Assembly (NCBI GenBank): GCA_964252035.1
Contig: OZ176213.1
Reading direction: 5' to 3' (one strand)
Source of the DNA: Podarcis erhardii
Taxonomy: Eukaryota
DNA length: 64,000 nucleotides
This document shows positions 23,738 through 36,760 of the stretch, piece after piece. The translations under genes were made by a program, and so were the position numbers. Numbering within the stretch: position 1 is the first letter of the stretch; each line of letters begins with the position of its first letter. A model generated the notes under the pieces. The model ran no database searches. It saw nothing but the letters and a program-made list of their open reading frames with translations, and was not told where the DNA came from.

Positions 23738-24303
23738 TATTGGATTGGGGAGGGGAACTGCATGTGTAGTGTCTGTCCAGATACAGGATTTCCCCTTTAG
23801 CTGGGGATATGATTGCAGAAGCACTCCAGCTGGATCAGATCAAATGTCTTGCTGGTGCCTTTAAGGGGTCACGGTTAAGTATCAACTTGCCAATATATTT
23901 TTGTGTGTTTTTCTGTCCCTTGTCCCAATTCCTTATATTCAACTGCATTCTTTCTTTAACAAATTCAGTTTAAGAAAAACTTGAACTGAATTTGCACAAG
24001 TGAATGTGATGGTCTTGCTCCTGATCTGTAAAACATGGATGGAATCCACCGTACACAGCCTTGCCACCTGTTAGTTCTTGGTGCTAGACTTAAAAACAAT
24101 CTTTCAGTTGCAACCAGAAGACAAGGCCAGTGCTGTACCAAAGCTAAGACAGGGCTACCAAATATTCCCAGACTGCCTTTTGCTTGTAACTTCAGATTTT
24201 TATTTTTATTTCCATTCCCGAAGCAACAACACAATGCACTGTATTTTGAGTGCTAATGTTGATTGAAGCTTTTTTCCCCCCCTGCAAAAGATGTGCACTT
24301 AAG

Positions 24304-24379
24304 CTGTCAAGAGAGTGAGTGATTGATGGCCGATCTAACTACTATTTGTGTCAAGGCTTTGTCAAGTCATTGTTGTCAA
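24304..24379 (+). promoter_or_regulatory. Candidate PBX-HOX/MEIS enhancer core
   Basis: TGATTGATGGC at 24320-24330 with TGTCAA at 24305, 24349, 24360, 24374; motif evidence only. Confidence 0.55.
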
Positions 24380-24734
24380 ATGCTGCTTTACTGAATATCA
24401 CAATATCTTCTGGAGTATTCAGTCAAAATGAATTCTATGCCACCATCTCTTTGATATAATGCTCAATACCTTGCGTCTACATTCTGAACCGGGAAATGGC
24501 CTTTTATTCAGTGTAAATGAATAGCTGTGATTCCTGATCAATGTACAAAGGGTTACAGGGCATTGTTGGATCTGTAGTTGTGAAATGTTCTTTTTTTTAA
24601 AAAAGAAAAAGTTGAAATGAAAAATCTGCTTGGTTAAGAGTGTGCTTTTTATAAGTATTTATTCAGCAGACATGCTTTGGTACAAAAGCTCTTAATGAAC
24701 TAATATTTGTTTTTTTGTCACCCTGGATGTAAAA

Positions 24735-24783
<49 letters not shown>
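24735..24783. repeat. (TAT)n microsatellite
   Basis: Direct inspection. Confidence 0.97.
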
Positions 24784-25789
24784 TAAAAATCCAAAATTCA
24801 AAAATGAACAGCAATATGCATTTACATTTAGTGTAGCCTCCACTCCTTGATGTGTTGTTACAGTATATGTACAGTGAAAAACAAAGATGCTTAACCACCT
24901 CTTATAGGACGGGATATAACTGATTTCCCTCCCGACTTGTACCCCATTTCTGCTGTAGTTTTGTGTACACTCAGCTTGAAAACATGTCGACAGTTTCTAT
25001 TATTCGTCTTCTGCCATAAGGACTAGTCCCTTATTCACTTTTTAAAATAAAAGATTTTCAGAATTCTAAGGAAGCAACTTTTATTAGTTCTAAGAATTAA
25101 AATTTTGTTGTTTTTGAGACTTTGTCAGTGGCACATTTGAATCAGGAAGATGAATGCAAATGTGTAGAATAGCTAGCAGAATTTTGCAAGAAAGATGTTC
25201 CATGTTAAAATGCTGACCCAACAGAAAGGAGGCAACAAAAAAATCAGGTTTTTAGGGTGTCATTCTAGACAAGGCTTTATAAAATTTGCAAGGTATTTGA
25301 AAGCAATGGTACAGATTTAGGAATAAAATTTACAGGGGTAAGGAAGTAAGAAGTTTCACACCCTGTCGGTTTAAATTCCTTAGCTATTGATTGGATTGGC
25401 TCTATATAGAAAGACAAGAAGAAATGCATTTTTTCTAGGCATGTGCATTGAGATGCTTTTTATTACAGGGTGTGCATAAATATCGATCACACAAGGGCCA
25501 CTTTTCTGTGGCTTCTTCACACTCCATTACAGGAATTCCAGTAAAGCTTGGAATGTACTACCACAAGATATAGCAAAGGTGATTAACTTTTAAAAAGCTA
25601 TTAGTGGCTGATAATTTTGATCCTCAAAGGGGGAAAAATATATAAAGTACACATTGTTACATTTCCTCAAAGGTGGCCAAAATCTGACTTCTTTTGGTTG
25701 TGATTTTTATATCATGGTAGATTCCAGTTTTAACTCTAGAAAATGAAAATCCATACCTTCAAGCATTCCTTTCTCTCTTCTGTTTGCAG

Positions 25790-25838
25790 GTTGTTAAAGG
25801 CCTTACATATTTATGGAGTTTAAAAATTTTACATAGAG
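25790..25838 (+). CDS. MAP2K5: MAP2K5 exon 13 equivalent, VVKGLTYLWSLKILHR(D)
   Basis: 49 nt; TTGCAG acceptor, GTGAGT donor; HRD motif split across the junction. Confidence 0.98.
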
Positions 25839-27171
25839 GTGAGTTGTGGATTTGTTTTTGCATTTTTCCAGTGCATATAATTGTTTAGTTTCATAAAAGG
25901 AATCACTATGATGTATTCAAGATTAACAGGTTTCTGGTAGAATGGAGGGTTTTTTTAAGGGAGCAACCTACTTCATCTGTTGCATAAAGTTAACATTTGG
26001 CTTGGTGCATATAAGCACAGTCTGGGATGGGATTCAGGGTTTTGGAACATAGCTGAAAATTGTGGGAGTGGAAATTGCTGATGATGGCTGAAATATTATA
26101 AATATCATCCAAAGCAAATGAAAAGCAATTTACATTTTGATATTTCTCTGGCCATGCACCCATCAAGAATAATTTCTCAGAGTAGTATGTGAGCCATAGA
26201 GTTGTGATTTGGCACCTTACAACAGCTGTTCAGGCCCCAGTATTGTAGTTCGTTGTTCCCTGCTTTGGAGCTGATTGGCTCCTTCTGGGTAATGACCAGT
26301 CACCAGCACCTCCCAAATGGATGTCCCACCTGATGTACAGGTGAGAAGTATGGCAGATGCATCCCATGGTGACAAACTTCTCTTGTTGAGGTTTCAGCTT
26401 GGCCTTTTCAACTAGAGCACCCCAATCTGCCATCAGTGGCTGATATGCATAATGAAAACTATCCAGTGTGAACCCTCAAACTGCAGATTTTGCAGAGCAG
26501 AGATAATCCTACTGATGCAGCCATCCAGTCTTTAAATGAGCTAATTTGTGAACCCACCCTTGAGCTCTTAGAATAGCCAGCAACCTCCAGAGGGAGCAGG
26601 CGACCAGGGTCAGAACAGCAGCAACAATTTGTCTGCTGTTACTGCTAATGCACAGGGGGTGGTGAAACATACATTCATATGTATATGTAGATATGTGTCG
26701 CTGCTGATAATTATCTCTTAGCAATTCACATCTCAAACAGGGTTTTGTATTTCTCAGTTTCCTTGAACTTTGGAATTCTGCACTCTAATGCTTGTGTGAA
26801 ATTCAAGAGGAGAGGGTGGCTTTTGTTTTTTAAAAATATTTTGAATAAAATGGATTTTTAAAATATCTATTTGGTATTGAATAAGGCAACTGCATTCAAC
26901 TTCTTGACCCTCTCCTTGACATTTTTGTAACAGCTAGAAAAGAGTTGCCCACATGCCATTTATCCAGTAGCCTGGTAAAAAATAGCTCAGATGGAGGTGG
27001 AATGAAAAGGCATCTGTTCATCCTCCATAAGGCTTGTCTCATATAAATAATTGGTATTAAGGAAACACTTGTGATCATGGGCACATAATGTTCCATTTTG
27101 GCTCTTGTTTAAATTCTTCCACATTCAAAATGGAAGTATTAATCACAAAACAGATGCTTTGGGAGAACATT

Positions 27172-27173
<2 letters not shown>

Positions 27174-27208
<35 letters not shown>
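27174..27208. repeat. (AC)n microsatellite
   Basis: Direct inspection. Confidence 0.98.
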
Positions 27209-27210
<2 letters not shown>

Positions 27211-27597
27211 GCTTTCTCTAGGTTTATTTATTTTCTTGAAGAAATAAAGGTGCATTTTTTAAAAATTCCAATAAAAATTGTGGTAGATACTATGTTGCCT
27301 GGTCAGTTTTCCGCAATTAATGAAGAGTCTTGTCGCACCTAAAAGGCTAGCAATTTTTATTGTGGCAATGTATTAGTCTTTTAAGGTACCACAATACTCT
27401 CTGTTGATTAATGCTTCTACTCTGGAAATTGTTTCCACTATCTGTCTGTTTTGAAGATTTAGAGAAATCTCACTCTAGAGCAGAGATGGCAAAACATGCA
27501 CCCTACCAAAGAGCTTATAGCTCCTATTTGGGATATTTTTGAAGAATGTAAACCTCAACCCCCAGCACAACTGCAGTCCTCCATGCCATGCGTTTAA

Positions 27598-27690
27598 CTT
27601 AGAGGTGGGGACCTTTTTCAGCCTGAGAGCTGATTTACCTTCTGGGCAAGCTTCAGAAAGCCAAATGCACATGTGAGTGGGTTCAAGGGG
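27598..27690. mobile_element. Partial hAT MITE related to 6978-7232
   Basis: GAGGTGGGGACCTTTTTCAGCCTGAG shared with the 5' end of the 6978 element. Confidence 0.55.
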
Positions 27691-28030
27691 GAAACTGGGT
27701 CCAGTGACTAATGCAAATTATAAGGTCTGACTCAGCAGATAAGATTGTGTTGGGGTTTTTTTTTGCAAGGCATAGCCTCAGAACAACAAGAAAAGCTCTT
27801 AGACATTAATTGGTACATAATACGATCAAAATATGAGTCCCATGTGAGTGTGGATGAGCCCTAAGCCTTCAAGTACAGATGTGTGTGTGTTTCAAATAAA
27901 CTTAGTACAGCAGCCAGAAAACTTTTATGTCTCCTTATAAATGATAAGCTATATATAGTAAGCTATATTTAATGAAGTGTGAATGCTGTATGGCTTGGCT
28001 TCCTTATCATGTGTTGCTGTCCCCTTACAG

Positions 28031-28104
28031 ATGTGAAGCCCTCAAATATGTTGGTGAACACAAGAGGCCAAGTCAAGTTATGTGACTTTGGGGTCAGCAC
28101 GCAG
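28031..28104 (+). CDS. MAP2K5: MAP2K5 exon 14 equivalent, (D)[24 protein letters not shown]
   Basis: 74 nt; TTACAG acceptor, GTACCT donor; DFG at 28084-28092. Confidence 0.98.
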
Positions 28105-29116
28105 GTACCTTCATTTCTTCTGCCCTTTCATCTATATCCCTCCTGTTAGCTCGTGTTTTCCAGACTGGCCACAAGACAAGCAGAGCCCCTTGCAAGCAAG
28201 CTTGGCTCTGCTGGGAATGGGGGATTCATCCCTTTTTTTTTTAATCTCCTGGTGACTTTTCTTCATCAGAATATGATTGTTCATTGTTTAATGACAGTAA
28301 AAACTGCTGATATTGTAATTACTACTTACGAATAGCAAACTTCATTGATATGCAGCTTGGCTCTGAAAGCGTTTGGATCAAACAAAAGGGAGGGCAGAGC
28401 GGGAGGATCGCCTGGGGAGCCCAACTGGCCCACAGTAAAAATTAATATTGGGAGCAACAATGGTGGTGGGCTTCAACAATGTGCAGCACAAATTTTAATT
28501 AATTTCCATTTTGGGCTTCCCTTGAGAACCACTGTGATACTGACCCATGAGCTTGCTGCAATGTTGAATTGAATTGCAGCCACCTTTCCTCCCAGCCAAA
28601 CATGAGGACCAAAGAGAAGGTCACTGCTGTATTATACGTTGTCAAAGTCTGTTGTCCCTCCAGCATATTTAGTGTTCATTCCAGCCTGATAATGAAGGTG
28701 GCTTTATTCACATCTTGAGCCAGCTGACAGTGGGGGGAGGAGGACGGCTGACTGGATGTGCTGAAAATAAAATAAAATAAAACCCTCCTTCCAATTGACT
28801 ATTTATATCCAACTGGTTGGTGGAGCACTAAAATCTCTAAGCATCCTGTTTAAAAGAGAATTGTCTTTAAGGTTATCTGCCATAAAGTGAAATACTGTGG
28901 TTGTTTTAAATTAGGGCTCTTGTTCAAAAGGAAAGAGAGATTTAATCATTTTTAACGCCTTCACAGGCAAATTTGTTTCCTCACACACACATACACACTT
29001 TATATAATTTTTAGCTGATTTATACATGGAATGATTGTAGGTTAAATGAGGAATAATTGCCCGTTTTATTCCCACATTATCTTTATATGGCTCTAACAGG
29101 CTGTTTTGTCTGATAG

Positions 29117-29167
29117 CTGGTGAATTCCATAGCCAAGACGTATGTCGGGACAAATGCTTATATGGCG
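29117..29167 (+). CDS. MAP2K5: MAP2K5 exon 15 equivalent, LVNSIAKTYVGTNAYMA (activation loop SIAKT)
   Basis: 51 nt; GATAG acceptor, GTAAGT donor; phospho-acceptor Ser (29126-29128) and Thr (29138-29140) intact. Confidence 0.98.
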
Positions 29168-29964
29168 GTAAGTAAATGTATGCAGATACTTCTGTTGCAG
29201 ATAAATAGCCTTTAGTGGGCTGCTCAGTTTTGTCTGTAGTTTTTAGTTTGGGTGCTGTTACTTCTACTGTTAGGTGTCTTAAGTCTTTCTTAGTAAACAG
29301 ATAGGGAAATAAGGAAACTGGTTTTTTTAAAATGTGACATGAGGAATAGTGATATAGAAAGCTAAAGTGCACATACCAAACTCCTATGCCTGCAAGGTCA
29401 ACTCATTCCCTTTGACAGATGAGGCAGCTCTGTGGGTGTACCCCATAACAAATGGAAAGCCCCATGTGCAGAGGGGGTTTGGGTGTGCAGAGAAGGAGCA
29501 TGTGTGGTTCATGAAAGATCCATCTAATTTGGGGGGATTTGTGTTCAGTTCTGTGCTCCACCATGAAGGCCCTGTCCGCTTCTTCAGTGTAACTCGGGGT
29601 TGTAAAAATAATGGGGAAAGTGATACAGAAATAATAGAACATTAACCCAATGATTCTTGGTTGTGTTTTGAAGCTCTTGGGTGGGGGTAAATGCCACAAG
29701 TGGGCTGTGGCCATTTAGGAAGGCAAGAGGGTGGGTGTGGATTGTAATTCTTAGCTTGCTGCTGTTAAAGAGTTTCTAGGACCTTGATAGGAAACCTCAC
29801 AGGCTAAGTGAGTGCTTTCCTAGTAAGCTTTTTTGGTGCCTCTTCAGGTACTAAAGAGAACTGAACTGTGAGAGATCAGCCTCTGCAACATAAAGCCTGT
29901 GGATTAGCCTTTTTGCTCTTGCCTGGTCAGCTGTAACAGTTGTTCCTGCCTTCTGGTGTTCATG

Positions 29965-30045
29965 CTCAGGTGCAGCCATCCTCTGGCTGAAGCTGATGGA
30001 GTTGTAGTCCTAAACAGCTGGAGGGCACCTGGTTGGGGAACCTTA
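29965..30045. mobile_element. Half of a hairpin MITE
   Basis: GATGGAGTTGTAGTCCTAAACAGCTGGAGGGCACCTGGTTGGGGAA. Confidence 0.6.
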
Positions 30046-31209
30046 TTCTAGTGCATGCCCTCATTCCGTTCCTATCTCTGATATATAGTTCAGTGTTCCA
30101 GGCATCTTGAGAATAGAGGTTATGAATATGTGACTTTTAATTGTGCTTGGGCATGTGCACAGGTTGGGTGTGCTCAAATGCTAGTCCAAATGATAGAGAT
30201 TGGCTTCTGCCATTCTGGGACCCTGCCTGCACCACAGATGAAGGTGGTTCGTTGGGTTTGCCAAATGCCTTGAGCGCAGGCTCCCCCTTTGCAGGAACGA
30301 TGTCATTGCTCGCACTCCATTGCCTTCACCTTTCTGCTTAAAGAGGAAAGATTTCCTGCACTCTAAGCAGGAATATGAGTAATCTTGAATTGTGAATACT
30401 GCAGATACTATTTTTTCTTTCTTTTGAAATCATTGATTCGCTTCACATTTTTCTAGCAAATGTATTTGGATCACTTAACCTCCTAAAGTACAGAATGGCA
30501 AATATGTAAAAGAGCTTTAAAGGTATTGGTTTTGATAAGTCCAGCTTGCCAGTTGCCACATCTCTCTCTCCTCAAAAGCAGGAACACTCTGATTTAAGCA
30601 GTGGGAGGACTTCAAACAAATTATTCTACCCAACTCCAGCTTTTCTTCTGGATGACTTTAAATAGCTGTAATAATTAAATTGTATTATTCCTTTTAATGT
30701 ACAAACCTCGATTACACATCTATTTCCCAGGTGTGCATTAAAGAAATTACTTCTTTTCTTATTGTTTACGGATGACTGTGATGCATCCATCTGTTAATTG
30801 AAAAAAGTGAGGATTAAAGCTGTAAGATGTTTTGTCAGTTCTTCTGTTAGGACTGCTTTGCTGCTTGAATGAATTTGTTTCCAGTCATCAGATTATTTTT
30901 TGGGGGTGTAATCTTGAAAGAAAGGGGGGATGCATATAACACTAGGAACGAAGAGAGGAACAGAACTGTATCCTGTTCCATCTGGTGCACAGGAGATAAG
31001 ATGGACAGATGTAACTGTTTTGTGGGCTCCTTGCAGCGCCTTTCTTGTTTGGAGGGCTGACATGGGGCTGAGCAGAATGCAAACAGTGGAAGCCAATTGA
31101 CTTGGTCTCAAACTAAGAAGAGCTTGTAACAGAAAACAGATGCAACAGTCCCCACATATGTCTAAGCTTAACTTTGTGAAATTTATACCAGGAGTAGCTT
31201 ACCTTGGCT

Positions 31210-31211
<2 letters not shown>

Positions 31212-31255
<44 letters not shown>
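31212..31255. repeat. (AC)n microsatellite
   Basis: Direct inspection. Confidence 0.98.
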
Positions 31256-31257
<2 letters not shown>

Positions 31258-32574
31258 TTCCAAAGAGTTGAGCAGCAGCTTTTTCTTGTTAGCAAAGTTT
31301 CTGCACCTTCCTTAGTGAAGGAAATTGTCCTTCCCCCACCCACTGCTTCAAGCACTCTGCTCGAGGAGGTGTTCAGAGGGGCACATTTAGTGGTGGATCA
31401 GGTGTCTCATGGCTGGCCTTCTGTCACCTGGCGTGGAAGCAGCTCAGAAACATTGCCTCAAGATGTCAAGGATGCTTCTGCCCTCCCTCTGGCCTTTCAG
31501 CTGTGGTGCTGGCAGCTCACTGTAACAAATTTGCAAGCTGGTGCCTAAGCAACATGGCTGTATGGATACTGCGATACCAGTTCCTACCTGGAATCAGTCT
31601 TCTTCTTAATAGAATGATTGTTGCTTAAAATTATACAGTGAAAAAAGGTTACAGGCAGACAAATCCCTACCCTAACAGCTTCAGATCTGAAGCAGGGATG
31701 GCAAGCTGACAGTTTGATCTGCCCACAGAGCCATTCTGTTTGTTCCCTAGTGGGAACCAAATTTCAATCAAGGTATGGAGGAAAACGTGCCAGTAATTCA
31801 GCTTGCGAGTAATAACAATAAAAAATCCTCCAAAGTTGAGTGGCAGAGAGATTCCAAAAACCTGTGGGTACTGCTTTATTCTATATAATTCTGTGTCCAG
31901 GCTATTCAAATTGTGTGCTAAGGAAAGCTATGCCCTGTATGAATGAGGCAAATTGAGCCTATTTGCATAATTTATTCTGTGATTTTTAAAATTATTTTGC
32001 ATAATTTATTCTACTACTAAGTTACAGAGAAGAGCAAGGGATAGGCATACCACTGAAATCTTGTGCTCTGTCCAAACTGGCATTGCTTAGCAAGTGTTTG
32101 CAGCCATAAAGACTAGGAACTTAACTGTTTTTAACGGAGGTTTTTAGGAAGTGAAATTCTGCAGCGCTATTACATTCTGCACTCTTCCCCCTTTTGCTGC
32201 TCCTATAGAATCACAGCACACATGTGTACTTGCGCAGATTTGATGGCATTTCAGCTGACATAGCTGTCAAGTCTCTGAAACCACTCTGAGAAGAAGATTA
32301 GAAAGGAGAAAGTGAAGTGCTTTTCAAGAGTAATTTATGGACTTCTGAAATGTTTGTTACCAGAACTGGCTTAACATGAGCCCTACCAAGGTTGCCTCTG
32401 TACATGACAGAGGGGACATTATTGCCTGTCTGGAGAGCCTGGTGGCTGCCCTCAGTGGCAGGTTGTACAAACTGAGGGAAGAGAAGCAGACCTGGGAGCT
32501 CTCTGGAGGGCAGAAGCTGGAATTGGTTCTTCAGGATTAACTGCCTGTAGTTCCTTCCCCTGATGAGCTTTCCA

Positions 32575-32765
32575 TAAAACCATAAGAATATCCCTACTGG
32601 ATCAGGCTGAAGCAGGCCACTAGTCCAGCATCTTGTTCTCAGATTGGCCAACCAGATGCTGCAATGGGAAACCTGCCAGCAGGACCTGAGAGTGCAGCAG
32701 CACTCTCCCCACTTGTGGTTCCCAGCAACAGGTATTTAGAGTCATATTGCCTCTGACAGTGGAGG
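32575..32765 (-). mobile_element. CR1-type 3' end
   Basis: CATAAGAA..CTGGATCAG..CTAGTCCAGCATC..GGCCAACCAGATGC..GCAGGACCTGAG. Confidence 0.7.
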
Positions 32766-34541
32766 GATCTATAGTCTGATCTCCCAGACCCCCAGTTCAA
32801 GCCCTACAGTCCATGATAAGCTCAGGACAGGAAAGGCTCACCTTTCTAGAACACCGCTATTGCTTTGCCTTTGTTCATAGGGACTCAGCTCAGAAGTGCT
32901 ATGATCTGTTCTCTACATGTGCTTTTCTTCTGGGAGGATTCTGCTCTCTGTACTGTCTAGAAGGCTGAGTCTTAAAGACCATTTAGGCCATTGTGTCTGT
33001 GTTTTTTACTTAACGTTTACTTGGCGCTAAAAGCTCCTGACCTGGGATTAGCAGCTGAGAGGAAGCATCCTTGAGCACGTTCGACTGGCACTAATTTGGG
33101 TGCGTTTGTTTTCTCTAAAGGCTTCTGGGTTATTATAGAGTGGAGGGGGAAAGGAGTTGTGCAAGGTGCCTGAACTAGACAGGTGCATTAACAGCACAGT
33201 GGGAAAGAGAGTCTTGTCGAGTCTTTTTATTGTTGCATTTCACACTTTACTTGACCTTGGCAATACTTAGAGCACAGCTTTTGAATAAAAGAGCTGGCTG
33301 GCTATTTTGCGTTCCTTGCTGTCTTGAGCGGTATTAAACTTGCCGCTAATTGGTGTGAGCTGAACCTCTTTTATTTGCAGGTTGCAATGTACATTAGCTT
33401 GGGAACAGTTAAACAAGAGCTGGTTTTCTGTGGACACCCTCCTTGCTTGCTTCACACATTCATACAGATGTGCTCGTAACTTGCATAAGACAGACGACAT
33501 GAAAATAGAGATGCATATGTGAGCATTGTTGGGAAAGTGATGTCCTGAGTAGTTTACGGCATCTAATTTTATTTTGATTGCTTTGTTGTCTATAAGGGTA
33601 CGTTTATTCTAACTATCAGAGACTCTGGGATAGAAATAAGTATAGTGAGGGCTGCTCTTAGGGTGCTCCCAGGAAGTTGCCCTGTGGTAGCATTTTTAGG
33701 GGTACTGCAGTTGGAAAGGTCAGCCTCCCCGGTGACATTTTGGTTGCTCAGTTGCAATGGGAGAATGGTGGTCCTGGTGCTGTATAAGAGCAGTCAGAAA
33801 CACAAGGAATACTAGCCCTGAGTAGGTGAGGCTACACATGATACTGTAACTCCATCCAGTATTGTATGTCACAAGAGTGCACAGTGCAGTTTGGCCATGC
33901 TTGGCAAAGCTACATACAACTGAGGCTGGCATGCTGCCTTTGGGGTAGTAACTGGGTCAAGCGTGGTGTACTCTCTGCCAACCCATTGGCTCTTGGTTTG
34001 CAATTCTAAATGCCCCACCAACACTTTGCTGCTCTGATAACCCACCCCAGTTAAGCTGGCCACATGTTTCATGCTTGCTTGCTTCCTTTTCAGCTCCACT
34101 CTGAAAAAGAGTGCTGTCCCTCAAACCCCAAGCAACTTTTGGCTTCTCACCATTCCACTCTCTGCCAGTTGTGCTGCTTGCTCAAACGTTTCCAGTTTCA
34201 CCTCTTAAGTCCCACTCCACGTCTCATTGCATCCTTGTGATACAATTGCCCCCTAAAGTTGCCGCTCATACTCTGATTGTGCAGCTAGGGTTGTTGTTCC
34301 CTCTCCTGCCAACATAACCTACATGAGAGCTTATCTTACGGATCCCAATTAGAGTGAAGAGAAAAGTACTTAAAAGTCTGTTTTTGCTGTTGAAATAAAT
34401 TCAGCAGAATGCATGCTTTCAAACATTTTTATCAAATTTTGAGAATCTTAAGTTTTCACTTTCCTTCTCTAATTAAGGTTGTGTTTTTATTTCTGGACAT
34501 TTCATTAGGTTCAGTTATCTCTCCCCATTTCCTTTTAACAG

Positions 34542-34613
34542 CCAGAACGCATTTCAGGAGAGCAGTATGGAATTCATTCTGATGTTTGGAGCCTAGGGAT
34601 TTCCTTCATGGAG
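34542..34613 (+). CDS. MAP2K5: MAP2K5 exon 16 equivalent, PERISGEQYGIHSDVWSLGISFME
   Basis: 72 nt; TAACAG acceptor, GTAGGT donor. Confidence 0.98.
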
Positions 34614-35255
34614 GTAGGTGCCTTTATATGTTTGTTTTTAAACTATATAAAAAGAACACAATTGGGTTTTGATTCCTGATTCATGCAGGCTTGGGTGTTT
34701 TTAAAGAGATCCTGCATATGAAATTTTTGCATGGGGGAAATGATGTGTGAGCTAAGTAATCCATGTTGATGCCCAAGCCACAGAGGATCAATCCCTTCCT
34801 CCCTTCTTTTGAGGGAGAGGCATCCTGTGGAATGGAGGCTACTAGAGGACCAGGCATCAGCATGGATAGCCCAGCTCGCACACCATTTGGGAAGCTAATA
34901 GGAGTACAGGGTTATTCTTTGTGAGGGATTTGTAAACCTGTGAACTGGGACTAAGATTACAAAGTGACTGCACTTTGGAGCATCCTTTTGCATGTTGAAT
35001 AGTATTTAACAACCATTGTTTAATCTCTGTGTTTTATTTAGAAAGGATTTGTTCTTCAGAAAGAAGTTTCTCTAGAGGTTTTTATCTTGAGGTTGGAAAG
35101 ACCCCATACTGGCTACATCATCTTATAGCCTATGGATGGGATTCAATGATGTGCTAAAGCCATTGTTCTATCAACACAAGCTTTTCTGCTTGCCAGAGGG
35201 AACTGTTTTCCCCACCCTCTCCCTGCACTATTATGCACAGGGAGCAGGGTTTTTT

Positions 35256-35280
35256 GTTTGTTTGTTTGTTTGTTTGTTTT
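35256..35280. repeat. (TTTG)n microsatellite
   Basis: Direct inspection. Confidence 0.9.
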
Positions 35281-36629
35281 GAGGGAGTGCAACCCCATTG
35301 CACCAGTACAACATCTTAGTTGAATCTAGCCCATAGAATGAAATTAGATTTCAGTTCTGCCTCTATTGTTGTTCCATTCCTACAACTTGGGTTGCCAAAT
35401 GTTAGGTTGGGCATGCTTCGCAGGTAAGTGAAATGGACCACTCCAGTGCCAGAAAACTGGAGGGTGCAGGAATTGAGGGCTCAGCTCATGCCTAGCTTGA
35501 TTAGGCCAAAGACATCGGCCAGGTTTCTGTAACATTTTGGGGTATTGCTGTTGCAGTTAAGAGTGTTCATCTGAAGTTTTTTTTTGCACGATGAGTAAAA
35601 TTTGTATATCATGGCCATCATTAATATGCTTTATGACCTGGATGGTAATCTACTCTTAGCTGCAACCACAATTATAATGTGGATAATTCAGAATGTTACA
35701 AAACCTGTCCTATGGCTTTGGCTTGACCTGAACCTCCATCCCATGTGTTAAGCTCATTTCTCATCTTGACATACCACACATAGTTATTATGATAAAATTG
35801 GAGGCCCCCCTTTCTGCTTCCTGTTGCTAACACTGCATGATGACTTCAGATAAGTAATCTGCTCCCCCCACAACTAAATGTTTGAGTCCTATAGCGGGGA
35901 TAGTTAAACTTAACACCAGAGAGCTTGTGCAAAGAGCCCTGGGCCTGGGTAGTGCCATCTCTTTGCACAGGGAGGGTCTGCTTATTGCCTCTTCTTGAAC
36001 AAACTTCCTTTCCTCTTCTTTGCCTTCTGCTTGCTTTTCTCTCCTGAGTCAGAAGCATGGAACAATTTGTCTCTGTGTGCTTTGTTAATTGGTGTGTCAT
36101 CTGCTCCTCGGAGACCTCTCCTCAACATGATCGTTGTTTTATTGAAGTGGTTTGAGTGATGTGTTAAATGAGGAGAGCGAGGGGAAATGGCTTTAGAAAG
36201 GTGAAGGTGATGCTCCAGGAAGCCATGCAAGGTCATTGCCACTGTCTGTCACACTGTCTGTTGACACTGGGGTGGGCCAGGGAGCATTTGGAGAGGACAG
36301 CTGGAGTTTATGTTGGAATTTCCAAACATCCCTTTTGAGCCAGACTTTGTGTCATTGAGCTAGTGTGTTCCTTAGATCCCTTGGGTAATAAAGCTAAAGA
36401 GGTTTTCTCTGCACTTCTTTTATTCAGAAAAAGAAAGGATGCCAGAGCTTAGAAATGTGTCAGAGTCCTTGATCCCACATGCATCCAGTGGGTTGAGTCA
36501 TGAGATTGAGGCATTCTGTGAAAGCAGGTGCACTCTCTTCTGAACAATTGCTTCATGTGTGTCAGGGCTGAGATCTAATATTGAAAGTTTCTGGGGTAAC
36601 CAGGAAAACTGCTGGTCCAAGTCTGGGCA

Positions 36630-36760
36630 ACAATCTATACCAACCTTCCCCCACCTGGGGCCCTGCAAGTGTATGGACCGCAACTCCCAATGGCTGTGCT
36701 GCCTGAGGCTAATGGGAGTTGTAGTCCAAAACATCTGGAGGGCCCCAGATAGAGGATGGC
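36630..36760. mobile_element. Short hairpin MITE
   Basis: GCAACTCCCA..ATGGGAGTTGTAGTCCAAAACATCTGGAGGGCCCCAG. Confidence 0.65.

Noticed and set aside
29821-29853. Minus-strand CTGAAGA...AAAAGCTT resembling a hammerhead
   Set aside because: No helix II, no GAAA, helix I out of register and no Penelope tail.
33360-33480. Strong acceptor CTCTTTTATTTGCAG at 33380
   Set aside because: No convincing donor at exon distance and no coding similarity.
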